64,000 nucleotides of DNA from a virus, in IMG/VR virus record IMGVR_UViG_3300044801_000394, positions 5,955 through 69,954 of that record; one strand, given 5' to 3'. The notes beneath the pieces are model-generated. The model had not been told where the DNA came from, ran no database searches, and saw nothing but the letters and a program-made list of their open reading frames with translations. Of the stretch, positions 12,501 through 21,640 are shown piece after piece; positions within the stretch are counted from its first letter, which is position 1, and every line of letters begins with the position of its first letter. Both the position numbers and the translations under genes were made by a program.

Positions 12501-15500
12501 AAAGATTTTCCAGTTCTGTTCCCAGCTTATGATGATGAATTTAATCTTGGGACTAAGATAGTAGGTTCTAAGATAGTAGAGCAAAAAACAGGCACTGATA
12601 CAATAATTAAAAATCTAGATATGTCTGACGTTCTTGGCATAGTACCAGGAGATCATAAAAATTTCACCATATACGAAGGCACCTATGACGACATATCAGG
12701 ACTATGGAAAGTAAGGAGTGTCCTTTCTATAGACACAACTCCTTTAAATTTTTTTGACGAGAGAAGTGTGTCGCGTATATTGAATACAATAGAATACGGT
12801 GTAGATGGATTTATACTACCAGGCACTTTCCCTCCATTTGTAATAAAAATTTCCGTTATTAAAGATAAAAAAGCCCAGCAAGGTGCCGATAAGCTGTTTT
12901 ATGTAAGTTTTGATAAGAGATATGAAGCCAACGAATCATCCCTTGGATATTATGAAAGTATCGTATTCAGATCAAGGGATAGAAATAGTTGGGTAGCTTT
13001 TGATACCAGAGATGACGCAAGCAACATAACAAAAGATTATGGGTTTTCAGATCCCAGTATCTTTACCAACTTCTACTACCCGAATAACATGTATACCAAA
13101 CTTCTTACAGAGAAGCAGACCTGGCTTACTGAGTTAAATATAATCAAAGATCTGTTCGATACTAATGACAAGCTCAAGCGAGCTTTTAAGCTTAACATAG
13201 TGGGAGAGGACGTTACAGTTTCCTCCGCTTCGGAATTTTTAGGTTATCTACAGCAGGTATCCACAATCTCTACCACAGACAACATAAAAGAAGCGATAGC
13301 AGCATATGCAGAGCACCTGAGATTTTTATTAGATTCTTCAGACACGAATCCGTATTTGGTTGCTAATACTTCTGGACCTTTAAACAGGACTATGCTGGAA
13401 CCTCAAGGGACATCAGATCCAGTAACAACATCGTATACTCAAGCGGCTGCGGCCAAACTAGAATATGGATCATTTCAACAAGAAAGTATTTTCTATTCCG
13501 ATCTTAATGATTATTACTACAGCAAATGGAATAGCGTTTACACAAAATGGGTTCTGGGTCTGGAAAAAGGGTTAGTTTTTCAAAAGCAGGCAAAGGAAAC
13601 ATTTGGATCAACGAGTTACATAGATGTTGGTATCGAGACATTCCCTGCTATAAAGCTAACTGTTGTGAATCAGGGTCTCAATCCTCCTTTCACAGTATCT
13701 AATGCAAAATATTTTGTTTCATATGACATGCTTATCACGGCAGATACAGACGAAGACGAGTACGATAATGCCACACTTACTATAGCCTATATGATCTCTG
13801 GTAACCTCGATTACACTGTAGAATTATTTGCTCTTAAAAGCTATCCTACTCTTCAGAATCTTGTTGATGCTATAAACGCCAAGTGTGTCCATCCAACTCT
13901 TGGAACACCTATCATTAGTGCAGCCAATGTATTTGATTATGCGCCTTATAGGGACTACTCTACAAGGTTTATACTTAGAACTTATAGAGCTACAGACAGC
14001 AACGATAGTAATGGTCCAGATACTAATACTTCTACGGGCGGTTGGACTGTCCTGTCCACAGACCCGTCTGTGGATGATCGTATCTATGCTTCAAATGTTT
14101 TGGATCAAAGGAAATATGATTCAAGAGTGCTCTTCATGAACAGAAAAGATATACAGAGTGATACTCTTGTTGTAAACGGAGAGAACAACATAACTTTCCC
14201 TAACTATGTTTCAAGTACAGGAAAAGAAATCCTTAGTGTGGATAAAATAGGTCCTCTTCCAGTTGCAGGAAGATGGGCTCTGAATGTTACAGATCCAACC
14301 AGTGGAAGTACAGTAGATTACACCTCTGAGTTTAATGTTTTGGATATCACTCCAGAGTCTCCGGACGATAAGATAATAAGTTATGAATTTTCAGACATAG
14401 CGCATGCGGAAGAGGAACTCCCTGGGCAGGAAGTCCCCATGAATCCGCAATACAAAATGAGCCCTGCAGAATTAGCAGCCATAGGATATGATGCTCAGTC
14501 TAAAACAATTACAGAAGTAAAACCAGACATTATAGATTTTAATTTATACATAGAAAGCTATCCTAATACTAAAGACAACAAGCCTTATTTAGATAAATTG
14601 ATTAATGACATAGTACCAAGTGTTACACAGAATAAGCCACAGACTGAGATAATACGAGATCTAAGGATAATACTCAGAGTGGCCGATCCTAGTAATGTTG
14701 GAAACTATAGGGATACCTCTTTCGTTTTTAGCATGAGAGATTATCCTACAGTTAAGGATCTTAAGGATGCTTTAAACAATAACAGATATATCATTACCCT
14801 GAATGCTACTACAAATGTTTATGAGGCTCAAATAGCTCCTGCGGGAGAAGGTGCCCAATATTTTTCAGCAGATTATCCTACTGGAGCAGTTGAAACACTT
14901 CAAGGTGCCATGAAATCTGTAGATTTAGTTACACAGTATGTACCACAGACGATACAGGTTGATTCACATATTTATTATCAGCCTGAGTATGTGTACGATA
15001 TTGCAGGAGCGACAGGTCCTCAACCTACTTTTGTGCCGATAACTGAGACTATCGGAGTAAATTATCAAGTAGGATGGGTACTACAGGAGTCACAAGGGGT
15101 TATAAATAGTACATTGATAAAATTCAGGATAAATCCAAGGACATACAGCCCCGGAGAAACCTATAGATTTGTTCCTAATAATCCAGAAACGGCAAGAGTC
15201 ACTAATATTTTATCTGAAAGTGTAAGGCAGGATATCCTGGCTTTTGATTTATATAGTTGGGATAATAATTCAGCCTACAAGATAAAAGACAATGTGCTTT
15301 ATCTCAGGAGCGATTCTATTCCTGAAACAGGACCCAACTCCGTTAGTATACCGTTATACAAAACTGCAAATTTGGATATGAGCATAGATCATCCAGAAGA
15401 GACTTATAAGCTTATAGACATAATAAGATTGATCAACAATAACGGGTTGTGTAGTAAATGGTTTTTCGCTAATTTGCGTTTCGGCAGGGAATATAATTCA

Positions 15501-17396
15501 GATTATGAGTATACCTATTTCCCTGATACGGCTTTGTGGTCAGGAAGAGACGGCTGGGTGTCAATCGGAAAATCTATTTTGGATACTTTATACCTAGACA
15601 TTGATGATGTTTTCTCTGTTCAATCTGAGGGTAGTAATGCCACATATATGATTGGATCAGTAGATCCTTTACCGCAAGTCCCTGATCCAGATTTGGTTTA
15701 CACGAGTAATCTATTGACTCTACAAGCTAATACTCGAGCTTTTTCTATAACTCCGAATACTTCAGATTATGATGTTGTCTCTTCGGAATATGATGTAAAC
15801 TCTGTGCCACACACTATGGTTCTTAATTTTACATATAGGACTTTTTCAGACGGAGGAGACGGCTATAATATATCTTCCGGTAACATACAATCATTGATAA
15901 ATAGCATAAACAGCAGCTTAGCTTTTTCAGCTACACTGGCCCAAGGTTGTACGGGAAGTATAGATGCCAATAATATTGTACAAGCTCCTAACAATTCTCT
16001 ACCTGGCATAATACTGGCAAAAGATAACACACAAACAGACAGACAAGCTATAGTTGTTACCATGAAAGCATCCTATACTGGGAGGTACTATAGTGTAAGT
16101 GCTGGATTTTTAACACTGTATTACACTCAGGTTGTAGATACTTTAGAAACCACTTCTATAGATCTTACGGTAAGCACTACTTTGAATTCTGTTATCACAG
16201 CTATCAATACATGGAACCCAGACCTCATCCATAACGGTTTTTCCTCAACTCTGAAATGGATAAATGGAAACGACAGTTCGGCTTTATTGGTAAAGGATAC
16301 AACAGAATCAATTCCTAATGCCGGTATGTTCGTACGCATGCTAGGCGCACATAACTATGCTTTAACATATGGTACTGGCTCAAAAACTATATATGAAGTG
16401 GTTGCGGATATAAACTCGACATCAGCCAGTACTGGGTTCTCGGCAATAGGACTGAACTCCCCTAATTATCTAGGATATGAGAACCTGCCAGCGGATCTTT
16501 TAATACCGACAGAAAATCCAGTTGCTTATTCTGGTTCTGCTGTGTTGGGAGCTGATTTTAGAAATACTCCAGGAGTTTATGTACTAAATATGAGCCATAC
16601 GGTTAATATCAAAAACGGAGCAATCAGTGAGTCTGGAGAACAGGCTCTTTGTTCTATCTCTTCAGCAGGGATGTTCTCTTGTACTAAAACAACCAGCCAC
16701 AACGATACTACTTTCATAGGTAATGAGTATAGTCAGGATATATCTGATAAGAACATAAGTAAATTTATAAGAAACTCCATGAGTTTAGACGGTTACCTAG
16801 AGCAATTGAATTTATATCCAAATCTAAGCTATGCTAACGGTATACTTAGAATGGATATAGCGCTTTTACCTATAAACAACATCACTTATGGAAAACTACG
16901 TTTGAGATCTAAGAGCAACAGTATAGATCCTAATAATGCGGGTAAAACAAATTCTATATATTTGTATATGAATGACCCAGAGGATCCTACGATGAAAGTA
17001 CATGTATATTTTGGATTTCTTGGGGATATACAATTCTATCAAATATCCGACTATAGCTTATGGAAACAGTATATACTTATAAAGAGACGGTTGGGTCAGC
17101 CGTGGAAAGATAGCTCTGATCAAGTTATTACGGATAAGTATGTCCCTAATAACGAGTACGACTTTGAAAGCTATGAATACACCTTGAATCAGGTTAAGAA
17201 CGGGAAATTTTTATACTATTTGAAGTATAAAAGATTTGGGGAGCTTATTAATAGCCTAAATTATGAAGATTTGTATAACAGCAAATATATGTGGTTGTTC
17301 TTAAAATTTCACAAGGAAATAGGATGCGATCAGAAAGTGATAGCGCTGGAAAAGAAGATCAACGAGGATCAGACGAAAGCACTCCAGCTGTCCTAA
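6546..17396 (+). CDS. Giant (3616 aa) virion structural protein, baseplate-associated
   Basis: Single uninterrupted ORF with AAGGA RBS. Beta-rich; repeated DYxVxYxxGxV and TLxxLVxAIN motifs; located among baseplate genes. Confidence 0.8.
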   Translation: MSFDIFKYQSINLENTVIRNPRVGTKNRPTSRTIEVGCTGIGASDDIYTGETGVDTDYLIQGAVRGSIVKGTGTYTLNNNTITAITGINGLQPSDNLIFGDIVRADGSETFYNITGMSSDFSTIYLQDKNTTETGIKSFQARKIKLNSVYFEYVKSLEDENRFVYDKNNRDWRFTGLQPDGPLVAKSDAEMYIPGDPVRLQFLSANTKTAPDVTSIDTTTTDPKEPYSQKILESKLVIDTPEISLMPVPYPDDDENFHVYWGPQNSLSLKTKDIDYTVNYQMDPDYTSAKPPYKDRNVAYLKFLKELDDVTQVTGIDQNFQGLFNVHEAPLTPTAVGKAVTNIYPNAQLYDENGTEFTGLRVKVGDKVEDRFFDYNVEYDSGIVHFIKHQNMEPVVQNIIYNKSLLWDGISVIKGTSETGLISNNKNNLVIPYGISGLTGIDYPVFFEDVDQNDYVERVDYRIEYTSGAVELTNPLKSNECVLVSYFTEGEDVTDEVLNLNTLRTRKNPVIESSVTIKKKYAITSGSGTGTGLKILIENVDFTLSYLTGKVTLLDPSIIEDLIELDISYTPFAQINCIIQPVVNDSKTYRMTIVDDVLETVDPFNLRFNIQNGDVSVPVVDPFGENPTTYSGTMLNLYSVKGEGEPGFGLSNLTADDMLSLGMTGLESLGLAEKLGQTPDEFYAIGITGIIELGLSPDKTIDYNTTNYTYTDVDKILALDLSYNSAKVRPDINDLIMATYSFESETLPYAPIQTVFPVFNQDESSFIIEGFDKTDVIVPGMIFRIDNFDPEKSYYFIVKDSVYDGLSTTVYLTGSFPEDIRNPSFYLFDDIVQWNAFPDGTAIDPSISVGSNTLTLTGDLLKITDLIKSNTLILINDTDIYQATSVTSVGNTLQVGIFPNLLNVMPETIKITEPIYQVGDVNLISDYPVIIDPPHPAFSLRYVGPTNAVYSLATLFIDDEQIVLSEVVDDKTSVNTFMFNDPSTPDIRSLVNKIQATAGIPGYTYPTGPFTLISEEGIEQYYIGPGYWSSNLIIPFTGSSPVVIPTEGYVFTIKQEMFKHIIITTSKGAQSFLVEQKDRTDYFSAGNLLAFISKATGDISFYEVSGVGLVQEKISDKITYTHTQVSFNDVFTENLIDPNIYKYDSVVWTDIASAGFSIDSTGLKITFSSDSQYFRTGSMIKIGGKYVYQIRDISKDISSVTLTINTEINPLIKGSERVLVSDMPVYLDQSSPQKYFNINYTLPVGKTGQATVAIDDKYITIVESIDGVAVPTTAKIDMSRYDNLVQLASALSRVQLSTSNSVYVGLSDEDKTFYTTLGRNAVLTPTVSPVVLSASIEVSTSSFSINYIASDNTVDSEILMPPSSNYLVINEWKRADRQGTLISHTVTFDGKTLNQITDEIRNLASITNNSWSIGQISYDVYFGSMRTDYYTITQSSDNTAKQFPYSIRVTVNPKYWYQVGVLNRNILIEGTDYNIEGTRAVLVNPIQIYERYELSYLGLTNLAEDSGSRISCSCRYFFSIPTGYQVNVYMDYLNLDQYYIQKLTERKFIEIVTVPQIKDILQQSGESVGIGNDSGSDNPPAVYEGGLIDLYYYLKDEKIKKEIYLKIFMWYKQRLRNFAAEAQLTMGIKYGHSNFVGVNSNGQFTMDDAYVENEDYSLTTLSDIAQIDNSFSKFFPVGYNDSAPMPYSRFGSTYLSYNQVFCYNVNYYGETGAFIKTEGRVLSINPYWADVVDPTTTFSNLDFDILPYTQTTSFVEDTKGTALYTIPYDQEEKHFRSSESNFQFLKRIEAGDQVQLNGFKTFYDIATVEQVDPTNVNASGFTEVIEKIMFLGTEGPYAGKQMFNGTISDPTDPNYSPIYGVYAESDPTKRFYVAADEATVALIQGTPVVRQDKNGDNTSKNPIIALGYTVKNIIIYDRLILKDGESFTESGVPTFSVYQSGTNWIYKYTKKDFWGISSNYQEGLADLELSLPKDGRDINVKRNASKDFPVLFPAYDDEFNLGTKIVGSKIVEQKTGTDTIIKNLDMSDVLGIVPGDHKNFTIYEGTYDDISGLWKVRSVLSIDTTPLNFFDERSVSRILNTIEYGVDGFILPGTFPPFVIKISVIKDKKAQQGADKLFYVSFDKRYEANESSLGYYESIVFRSRDRNSWVAFDTRDDASNITKDYGFSDPSIFTNFYYPNNMYTKLLTEKQTWLTELNIIKDLFDTNDKLKRAFKLNIVGEDVTVSSASEFLGYLQQVSTISTTDNIKEAIAAYAEHLRFLLDSSDTNPYLVANTSGPLNRTMLEPQGTSDPVTTSYTQAAAAKLEYGSFQQESIFYSDLNDYYYSKWNSVYTKWVLGLEKGLVFQKQAKETFGSTSYIDVGIETFPAIKLTVVNQGLNPPFTVSNAKYFVSYDMLITADTDEDEYDNATLTIAYMISGNLDYTVELFALKSYPTLQNLVDAINAKCVHPTLGTPIISAANVFDYAPYRDYSTRFILRTYRATDSNDSNGPDTNTSTGGWTVLSTDPSVDDRIYASNVLDQRKYDSRVLFMNRKDIQSDTLVVNGENNITFPNYVSSTGKEILSVDKIGPLPVAGRWALNVTDPTSGSTVDYTSEFNVLDITPESPDDKIISYEFSDIAHAEEELPGQEVPMNPQYKMSPAELAAIGYDAQSKTITEVKPDIIDFNLYIESYPNTKDNKPYLDKLINDIVPSVTQNKPQTEIIRDLRIILRVADPSNVGNYRDTSFVFSMRDYPTVKDLKDALNNNRYIITLNATTNVYEAQIAPAGEGAQYFSADYPTGAVETLQGAMKSVDLVTQYVPQTIQVDSHIYYQPEYVYDIAGATGPQPTFVPITETIGVNYQVGWVLQESQGVINSTLIKFRINPRTYSPGETYRFVPNNPETARVTNILSESVRQDILAFDLYSWDNNSAYKIKDNVLYLRSDSIPETGPNSVSIPLYKTANLDMSIDHPEETYKLIDIIRLINNNGLCSKWFFANLRFGREYNSDYEYTYFPDTALWSGRDGWVSIGKSILDTLYLDIDDVFSVQSEGSNATYMIGSVDPLPQVPDPDLVYTSNLLTLQANTRAFSITPNTSDYDVVSSEYDVNSVPHTMVLNFTYRTFSDGGDGYNISSGNIQSLINSINSSLAFSATLAQGCTGSIDANNIVQAPNNSLPGIILAKDNTQTDRQAIVVTMKASYTGRYYSVSAGFLTLYYTQVVDTLETTSIDLTVSTTLNSVITAINTWNPDLIHNGFSSTLKWINGNDSSALLVKDTTESIPNAGMFVRMLGAHNYALTYGTGSKTIYEVVADINSTSASTGFSAIGLNSPNYLGYENLPADLLIPTENPVAYSGSAVLGADFRNTPGVYVLNMSHTVNIKNGAISESGEQALCSISSAGMFSCTKTTSHNDTTFIGNEYSQDISDKNISKFIRNSMSLDGYLEQLNLYPNLSYANGILRMDIALLPINNITYGKLRLRSKSNSIDPNNAGKTNSIYLYMNDPEDPTMKVHVYFGFLGDIQFYQISDYSLWKQYILIKRRLGQPWKDSSDQVITDKYVPNNEYDFESYEYTLNQVKNGKFLYYLKYKRFGELINSLNYEDLYNSKYMWLFLKFHKEIGCDQKVIALEKKINEDQTKALQLS

Positions 17397-17557
17397 CGTG
17401 GAAAAGAATCGATGTTCCTGGTAGGGAGGAAGCTGTAAAACAGCTTACTGAGGAATATTTTGGGGATGTTATAGTTAAAATTAAGCAGCTTATTACTAAA
17501 GAAAAAAGAAATTTTGGAAAAGCTGTAAAGGAAAAAAAGCATGGGAATAAGGCCTAA
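17324..17557 (+). CDS. Small hypothetical protein overlapping both neighbours
   Basis: 77 aa from ATG 17324 with AAGGA upstream. Fills the otherwise empty 17397-17540 gap. Confidence 0.45.
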   Translation: MRSESDSAGKEDQRGSDESTPAVLTWKRIDVPGREEAVKQLTEEYFGDVIVKIKQLITKEKRNFGKAVKEKKHGNKA

Positions 17558-19295
17558 CATAATTTTTGAAAATGTCCGTCCTAAAATAGGCGGAGATGTT
17601 AAAGACATAGGTTTAGTAGATGCTGTTAACAGTATTTTTACTGTCCCTACTGTAAGTCCCATAACATCTCCTGTGACTCCCTTAACACAGGGAGGTGCTG
17701 TATGGAACGACTTTTCTATCAACCTATCTATAGGGGACATGCTGTCAAAACCTGACCTACAGAATTTTAATAATTTTTTAAAGAACATAGATGAAGCCTC
17801 AAAAAAACTAGTTGTAATTTTGAAGATAATAAGGATGCTGACTAGTGATCTCAAGTCTATATCCATGTTTTTTAAATTTGCCATAAAAATGATTGTACAG
17901 TTGTTAAAAGATCTGGTAGATTCTTTTATCTCTACCGGATTGTATATGTGTCTAATAAGGCCAGACAAAAACGAACAGGACAACACTTTCATTGTCCCTA
18001 CGTGGGGTAATTTTGAAGAGTTTAAAAGAAAGATAGTAGCAGCTTGTTTGGATATAAACAATCCTAAATCTCCTGCAAGATTAAATGTAGGTACAACTGT
18101 TGGAGGTATTGTAATCGGAGGCATAGTGGGTGTAAATGATCCTAAATCTGTAGATTCTTTCTTATATAATATGCAAATCTTGGGAAGATTTTTTGGCTTT
18201 GAGGGTTCTTTTCCTGGGCCTCCTAAAGGAGTAACAGCTATATCAGGAATCTACAACAGTAAGACTGGAATTAAGGTAAGTTGGAACAAAGCCAGTTCAA
18301 CAGGCGTTACAGGATATAGAGTCTATAGATGTCAGGACATATACGGAAGATTTTTACCCACTATGGACGATGTTACAAAAGCCATGGCACCATTTGTTAA
18401 AAAAAACGACAAGCCAGGAATAGAGTGGGCATCTCACATCAAAGTCTATGATAATGATAATCTGTATGCTCCAGAAGGTAAGAAATTTAATAATGGTAAA
18501 CCTTTAACAGTACTATCTATCCCGGAAACCAACTCTTTTTCTATTATAGACTACGATGTGGTAGAAGGAGAGACATATTATTACAAAGTGTTTTCTATAC
18601 CTGGGCTTGGAGAGTTGATATTTAGTAATCCTTATAACGAAATGATAGAGAGTCCTTTGGCTTCTCCAGCTGCAGGAGCACAAGCCCATGCATGTATCCC
18701 AATTTCTGAGATATCTAAAGGGATACTGTCTATGGAGGGGGATTTCATAGATGAGAAGGATTACAAATACCAATGGTTCTCGAAATCGTTGAGAACGTTT
18801 TTGGGTCCTACTTTCGATGATCTATTTAACGGGATAGACAGCTTTGCTGATAAACTTTTAGGAATGGTCTCGACATCCGGTGATGCTATAAGTGACTATT
18901 TGGATTTCTTTTCTAAAAAGATAGAAAGCTATATAAGTATCCTCAACACGATAGAGCAGGTTATAGAAATGCTGGCAAATTTCAGGTTAAGAGGATCTGT
19001 GCTCTTATTGAATGTCCCTCTCCAAAAGGGGGGTATAAAATATTTCACAGACACTGTGACCAACTCTCAAGTAGAGTCTCAAACTTTTGGATCAGCTGTC
19101 AATAATGACCAAGGAGCTGCCCTTGCCTCAATAGAAGGGTATTATTTCGGGCTAGTAGCTGTTTACGGCATACCAGATCCAAGTAACTATAATCAGCTTA
19201 CACAGCCCTACAAGACAGAATATAATAGCACTATAGCACAGTTACAGGCTAGTGGAAAAGCGATACAGACACTCTCAAAACTTCTCACGGGGTAA
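17541..19295 (+). CDS. Baseplate-region protein with fibronectin type III domain
   Basis: 584 aa. PPKGVTA...IKVSWN...GYRVYR...GETYYYKV FN3 signature, flanked by helical regions. Confidence 0.7.
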   Translation: MGIRPNIIFENVRPKIGGDVKDIGLVDAVNSIFTVPTVSPITSPVTPLTQGGAVWNDFSINLSIGDMLSKPDLQNFNNFLKNIDEASKKLVVILKIIRMLTSDLKSISMFFKFAIKMIVQLLKDLVDSFISTGLYMCLIRPDKNEQDNTFIVPTWGNFEEFKRKIVAACLDINNPKSPARLNVGTTVGGIVIGGIVGVNDPKSVDSFLYNMQILGRFFGFEGSFPGPPKGVTAISGIYNSKTGIKVSWNKASSTGVTGYRVYRCQDIYGRFLPTMDDVTKAMAPFVKKNDKPGIEWASHIKVYDNDNLYAPEGKKFNNGKPLTVLSIPETNSFSIIDYDVVEGETYYYKVFSIPGLGELIFSNPYNEMIESPLASPAAGAQAHACIPISEISKGILSMEGDFIDEKDYKYQWFSKSLRTFLGPTFDDLFNGIDSFADKLLGMVSTSGDAISDYLDFFSKKIESYISILNTIEQVIEMLANFRLRGSVLLLNVPLQKGGIKYFTDTVTNSQVESQTFGSAVNNDQGAALASIEGYYFGLVAVYGIPDPSNYNQLTQPYKTEYNSTIAQLQASGKAIQTLSKLLTG

Positions 19296-19298
19296 TCT

Positions 19299-19799
19299 AT
19301 GGGTTTCTTAAGACATCAATCAGAGTATATTGAGAAAGATAACACCGTAAATATCGATGATCTTTACGATGCCGTAAAGAACACCGAGACATATCGTTCC
19401 CTAAAAGTTGATGATATGAGGAGGGAGCATAGCTTCATCATCAAAAGAATCCAGGATATAAAGGCTCAAAAAGCTTCGTATCTTAGAAAAATAGGTGTTA
19501 CACCAGAGGATGACGATCCACTTGATTTATCTCCTGTATATTATTTCAATGATCTGGATACCGGATCTTCTTCTCTGTCGTCCAGTGTGGATACCAACTT
19601 GAAAACTATGCTTAGAAACCCATCGAATCCTATTTTTAACTATGTTAGGGCTAATTTTACCAGCAGCGTGGCAGAGATGGATGCAAGACTAAGGGACTAT
19701 GATTATCAGTTATTGAAACTGGCTCAGATGGAACAAAAAATAGTGTATTATCTTCAACAACTTATTAAATTTGAAGCTACTGCTCAACAGGGAGCATAA
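19299..19799 (+). CDS. Hypothetical helical protein
   Basis: 166 aa ORF tightly packed in the operon. Confidence 0.65.
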   Translation: MGFLRHQSEYIEKDNTVNIDDLYDAVKNTETYRSLKVDDMRREHSFIIKRIQDIKAQKASYLRKIGVTPEDDDPLDLSPVYYFNDLDTGSSSLSSSVDTNLKTMLRNPSNPIFNYVRANFTSSVAEMDARLRDYDYQLLKLAQMEQKIVYYLQQLIKFEATAQQGA

Positions 19800-19801
19800 A
19801 C

Positions 19802-20869
19802 ATGAGCGAAGCAACAGATATCATTATAGGACAACTAAGGGCACTTGATGGGAAAATAGATGTGCTCTTACTCCTTTTGGATAGAGGTATATCTTTTTTA
19901 AATAGTGTACTTCCTCCTACCGGTACCGCTGTCCCTAAAACTCCCTCGAAATCTGTAGAGGATAATTATAAGATTTTTTATACCTTCAAAGGAACTTTGC
20001 TACAGATAATTAGCTCGATAGTAACAGATCCAGTTACATTAGCGCTAATGAATAAGTACTCCTTAGACACTATAAACCTATCAGACGCAGCTAAAAGACT
20101 ATCCACTGTGTCGGCTATGGATACCTACGCAAAATTAGATGATAAAACAAAAACTGATTTTGTTACTTTTTTCACCGCACTAAAAAGTATCCTGGTTAAA
20201 GAAGTTAAGATACCGTTAGAGCAACAAGTAAGATCTCTTTCGGGTAATAGTGTTGGACAAACCACAACGGACAATAAACAGCCATCAAATCAAAACGTTC
20301 CTGTCTTGTATAGCGCTGTCCAAACCGAGACAAAGAATGCCACAGCGCAGTCTATTCTAAACACATTTGCTACTAGAGATGCAGCGAGACAGAAGAGTAA
20401 AGATAGCTTGAACAGTTATCTAAAAGACTGGGTAAGACTAAAACCGGTTACAGACATATTAACTGATCCAAAAAAATTACCGGATGTTGCAAATAAACTA
20501 ATAAACGGAGTAAATGCTGTAGCAGATTGGTTCAAAAAATATATAGCTCCAGATCCTTCTGCAGGAACGATAGCGACAAGTAGCGGTCTAACGACTAGTA
20601 CGGATCAGGAGAAGAGACTTAAATTTACATTGTCAAATCTGCTTTTAGGCAAAGATCTAGTAAAAACTTATGAAGCTTCTGAACAGACACAGGACTACAT
20701 ACAAAAGTATTGGAGGGAAAGGACCAGGAAAAAATTCGGTAATTTCCCTTTTTGTGATGAAACTTTGGTAAACGGTCAGTGGGTCCCAACAAACGAGGCA
20801 GAATCCCAGTTGGCTGTCAATATAGCCAAACAGCAGATATTGCTTAAGATGCTGAAAGAAAAGCCTTAA
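19802..20869 (+). CDS. Hypothetical helical protein
   Basis: 355 aa ORF with GGAG RBS, tightly packed. Confidence 0.65.
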   Translation: MSEATDIIIGQLRALDGKIDVLLLLLDRGISFLNSVLPPTGTAVPKTPSKSVEDNYKIFYTFKGTLLQIISSIVTDPVTLALMNKYSLDTINLSDAAKRLSTVSAMDTYAKLDDKTKTDFVTFFTALKSILVKEVKIPLEQQVRSLSGNSVGQTTTDNKQPSNQNVPVLYSAVQTETKNATAQSILNTFATRDAARQKSKDSLNSYLKDWVRLKPVTDILTDPKKLPDVANKLINGVNAVADWFKKYIAPDPSAGTIATSSGLTTSTDQEKRLKFTLSNLLLGKDLVKTYEASEQTQDYIQKYWRERTRKKFGNFPFCDETLVNGQWVPTNEAESQLAVNIAKQQILLKMLKEKP

Positions 20870-20895
20870 TACTCTATCAATAATATTACCGTTTT

Positions 20896-21639
20896 ATGTC
20901 CATCGACTACAAAATACAGAATTTATGTGATCACGTGATAAACTGGGAAGGAATTTCTCTCCAGACCGATAGGAAAACCATATACCTATCTTATCCTTTG
21001 GGGGCGGAATCGTCCTTAGTCATAAGGATGAATAACATAGTCCTTAATAGAAGCATGTATAATGTTACAACTCAGCCGGGGATACAAGAGGGCATATTTT
21101 CCAAGACATATATTACTCTTAAAAGCTCAACTAAACTATTTTTCCCAATAGTCGAAGCAAGATATGTCACTGGCTCTGGGTTTTGCCCTAAATGTGCTGG
21201 CATCAAGTACTTAGATGATATAGTATACGGTCCCGATAAAGATGTAGTGACAGCAAAAGATGAGTATCTACTTATTCAGACCCTAGAAAAGTTTATTGTG
21301 ACGAGAGTGAACAGTAATCCCTATCACACATGGTTAGGGACATCGTTGCATACTTTGATAGGGACTAAAATCACGGACATGAATTATATACAATCTAAGA
21401 TTTTTGAGGATGTTAAAAAAGCAGTAGACGATCTTAAAAAAGTTCAAGATCAGTACATCAAATCAGGAAGAGCAGTAAGCCAGGGGGAATTATTTGGGGA
21501 TCTTTTGTCTATAGATGTTCTACAAGATCCTTCTGATAATACGACGATCCAGATTTTTGTTAAATTTACTGCCCGTAGTGGCAGAGCTCTTTTGTTCGAG
21601 CAACTAATGGAATTAAGCCAATACAGGCAGCAGAGGTAA
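20896..21639 (+). CDS. Baseplate wedge/sheath-initiator protein (gp25/gpW-like) with N-terminal CxxC
   Basis: 247 aa. PYHTWLGTSL resembles the gp25 motif; CPKCAG; immediately precedes the baseplate J-like gene. Confidence 0.65.
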   Translation: MSIDYKIQNLCDHVINWEGISLQTDRKTIYLSYPLGAESSLVIRMNNIVLNRSMYNVTTQPGIQEGIFSKTYITLKSSTKLFFPIVEARYVTGSGFCPKCAGIKYLDDIVYGPDKDVVTAKDEYLLIQTLEKFIVTRVNSNPYHTWLGTSLHTLIGTKITDMNYIQSKIFEDVKKAVDDLKKVQDQYIKSGRAVSQGELFGDLLSIDVLQDPSDNTTIQIFVKFTARSGRALLFEQLMELSQYRQQR

Positions 21640-21640
21640 C

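Noticed and set aside
17393-18124. 243-aa minus-strand ORF (and the many shorter antisense ORFs in the track)
   Set aside because: It lies almost entirely antisense to well-supported + strand genes and has no recognisable motifs; consistent with shadow ORFs.
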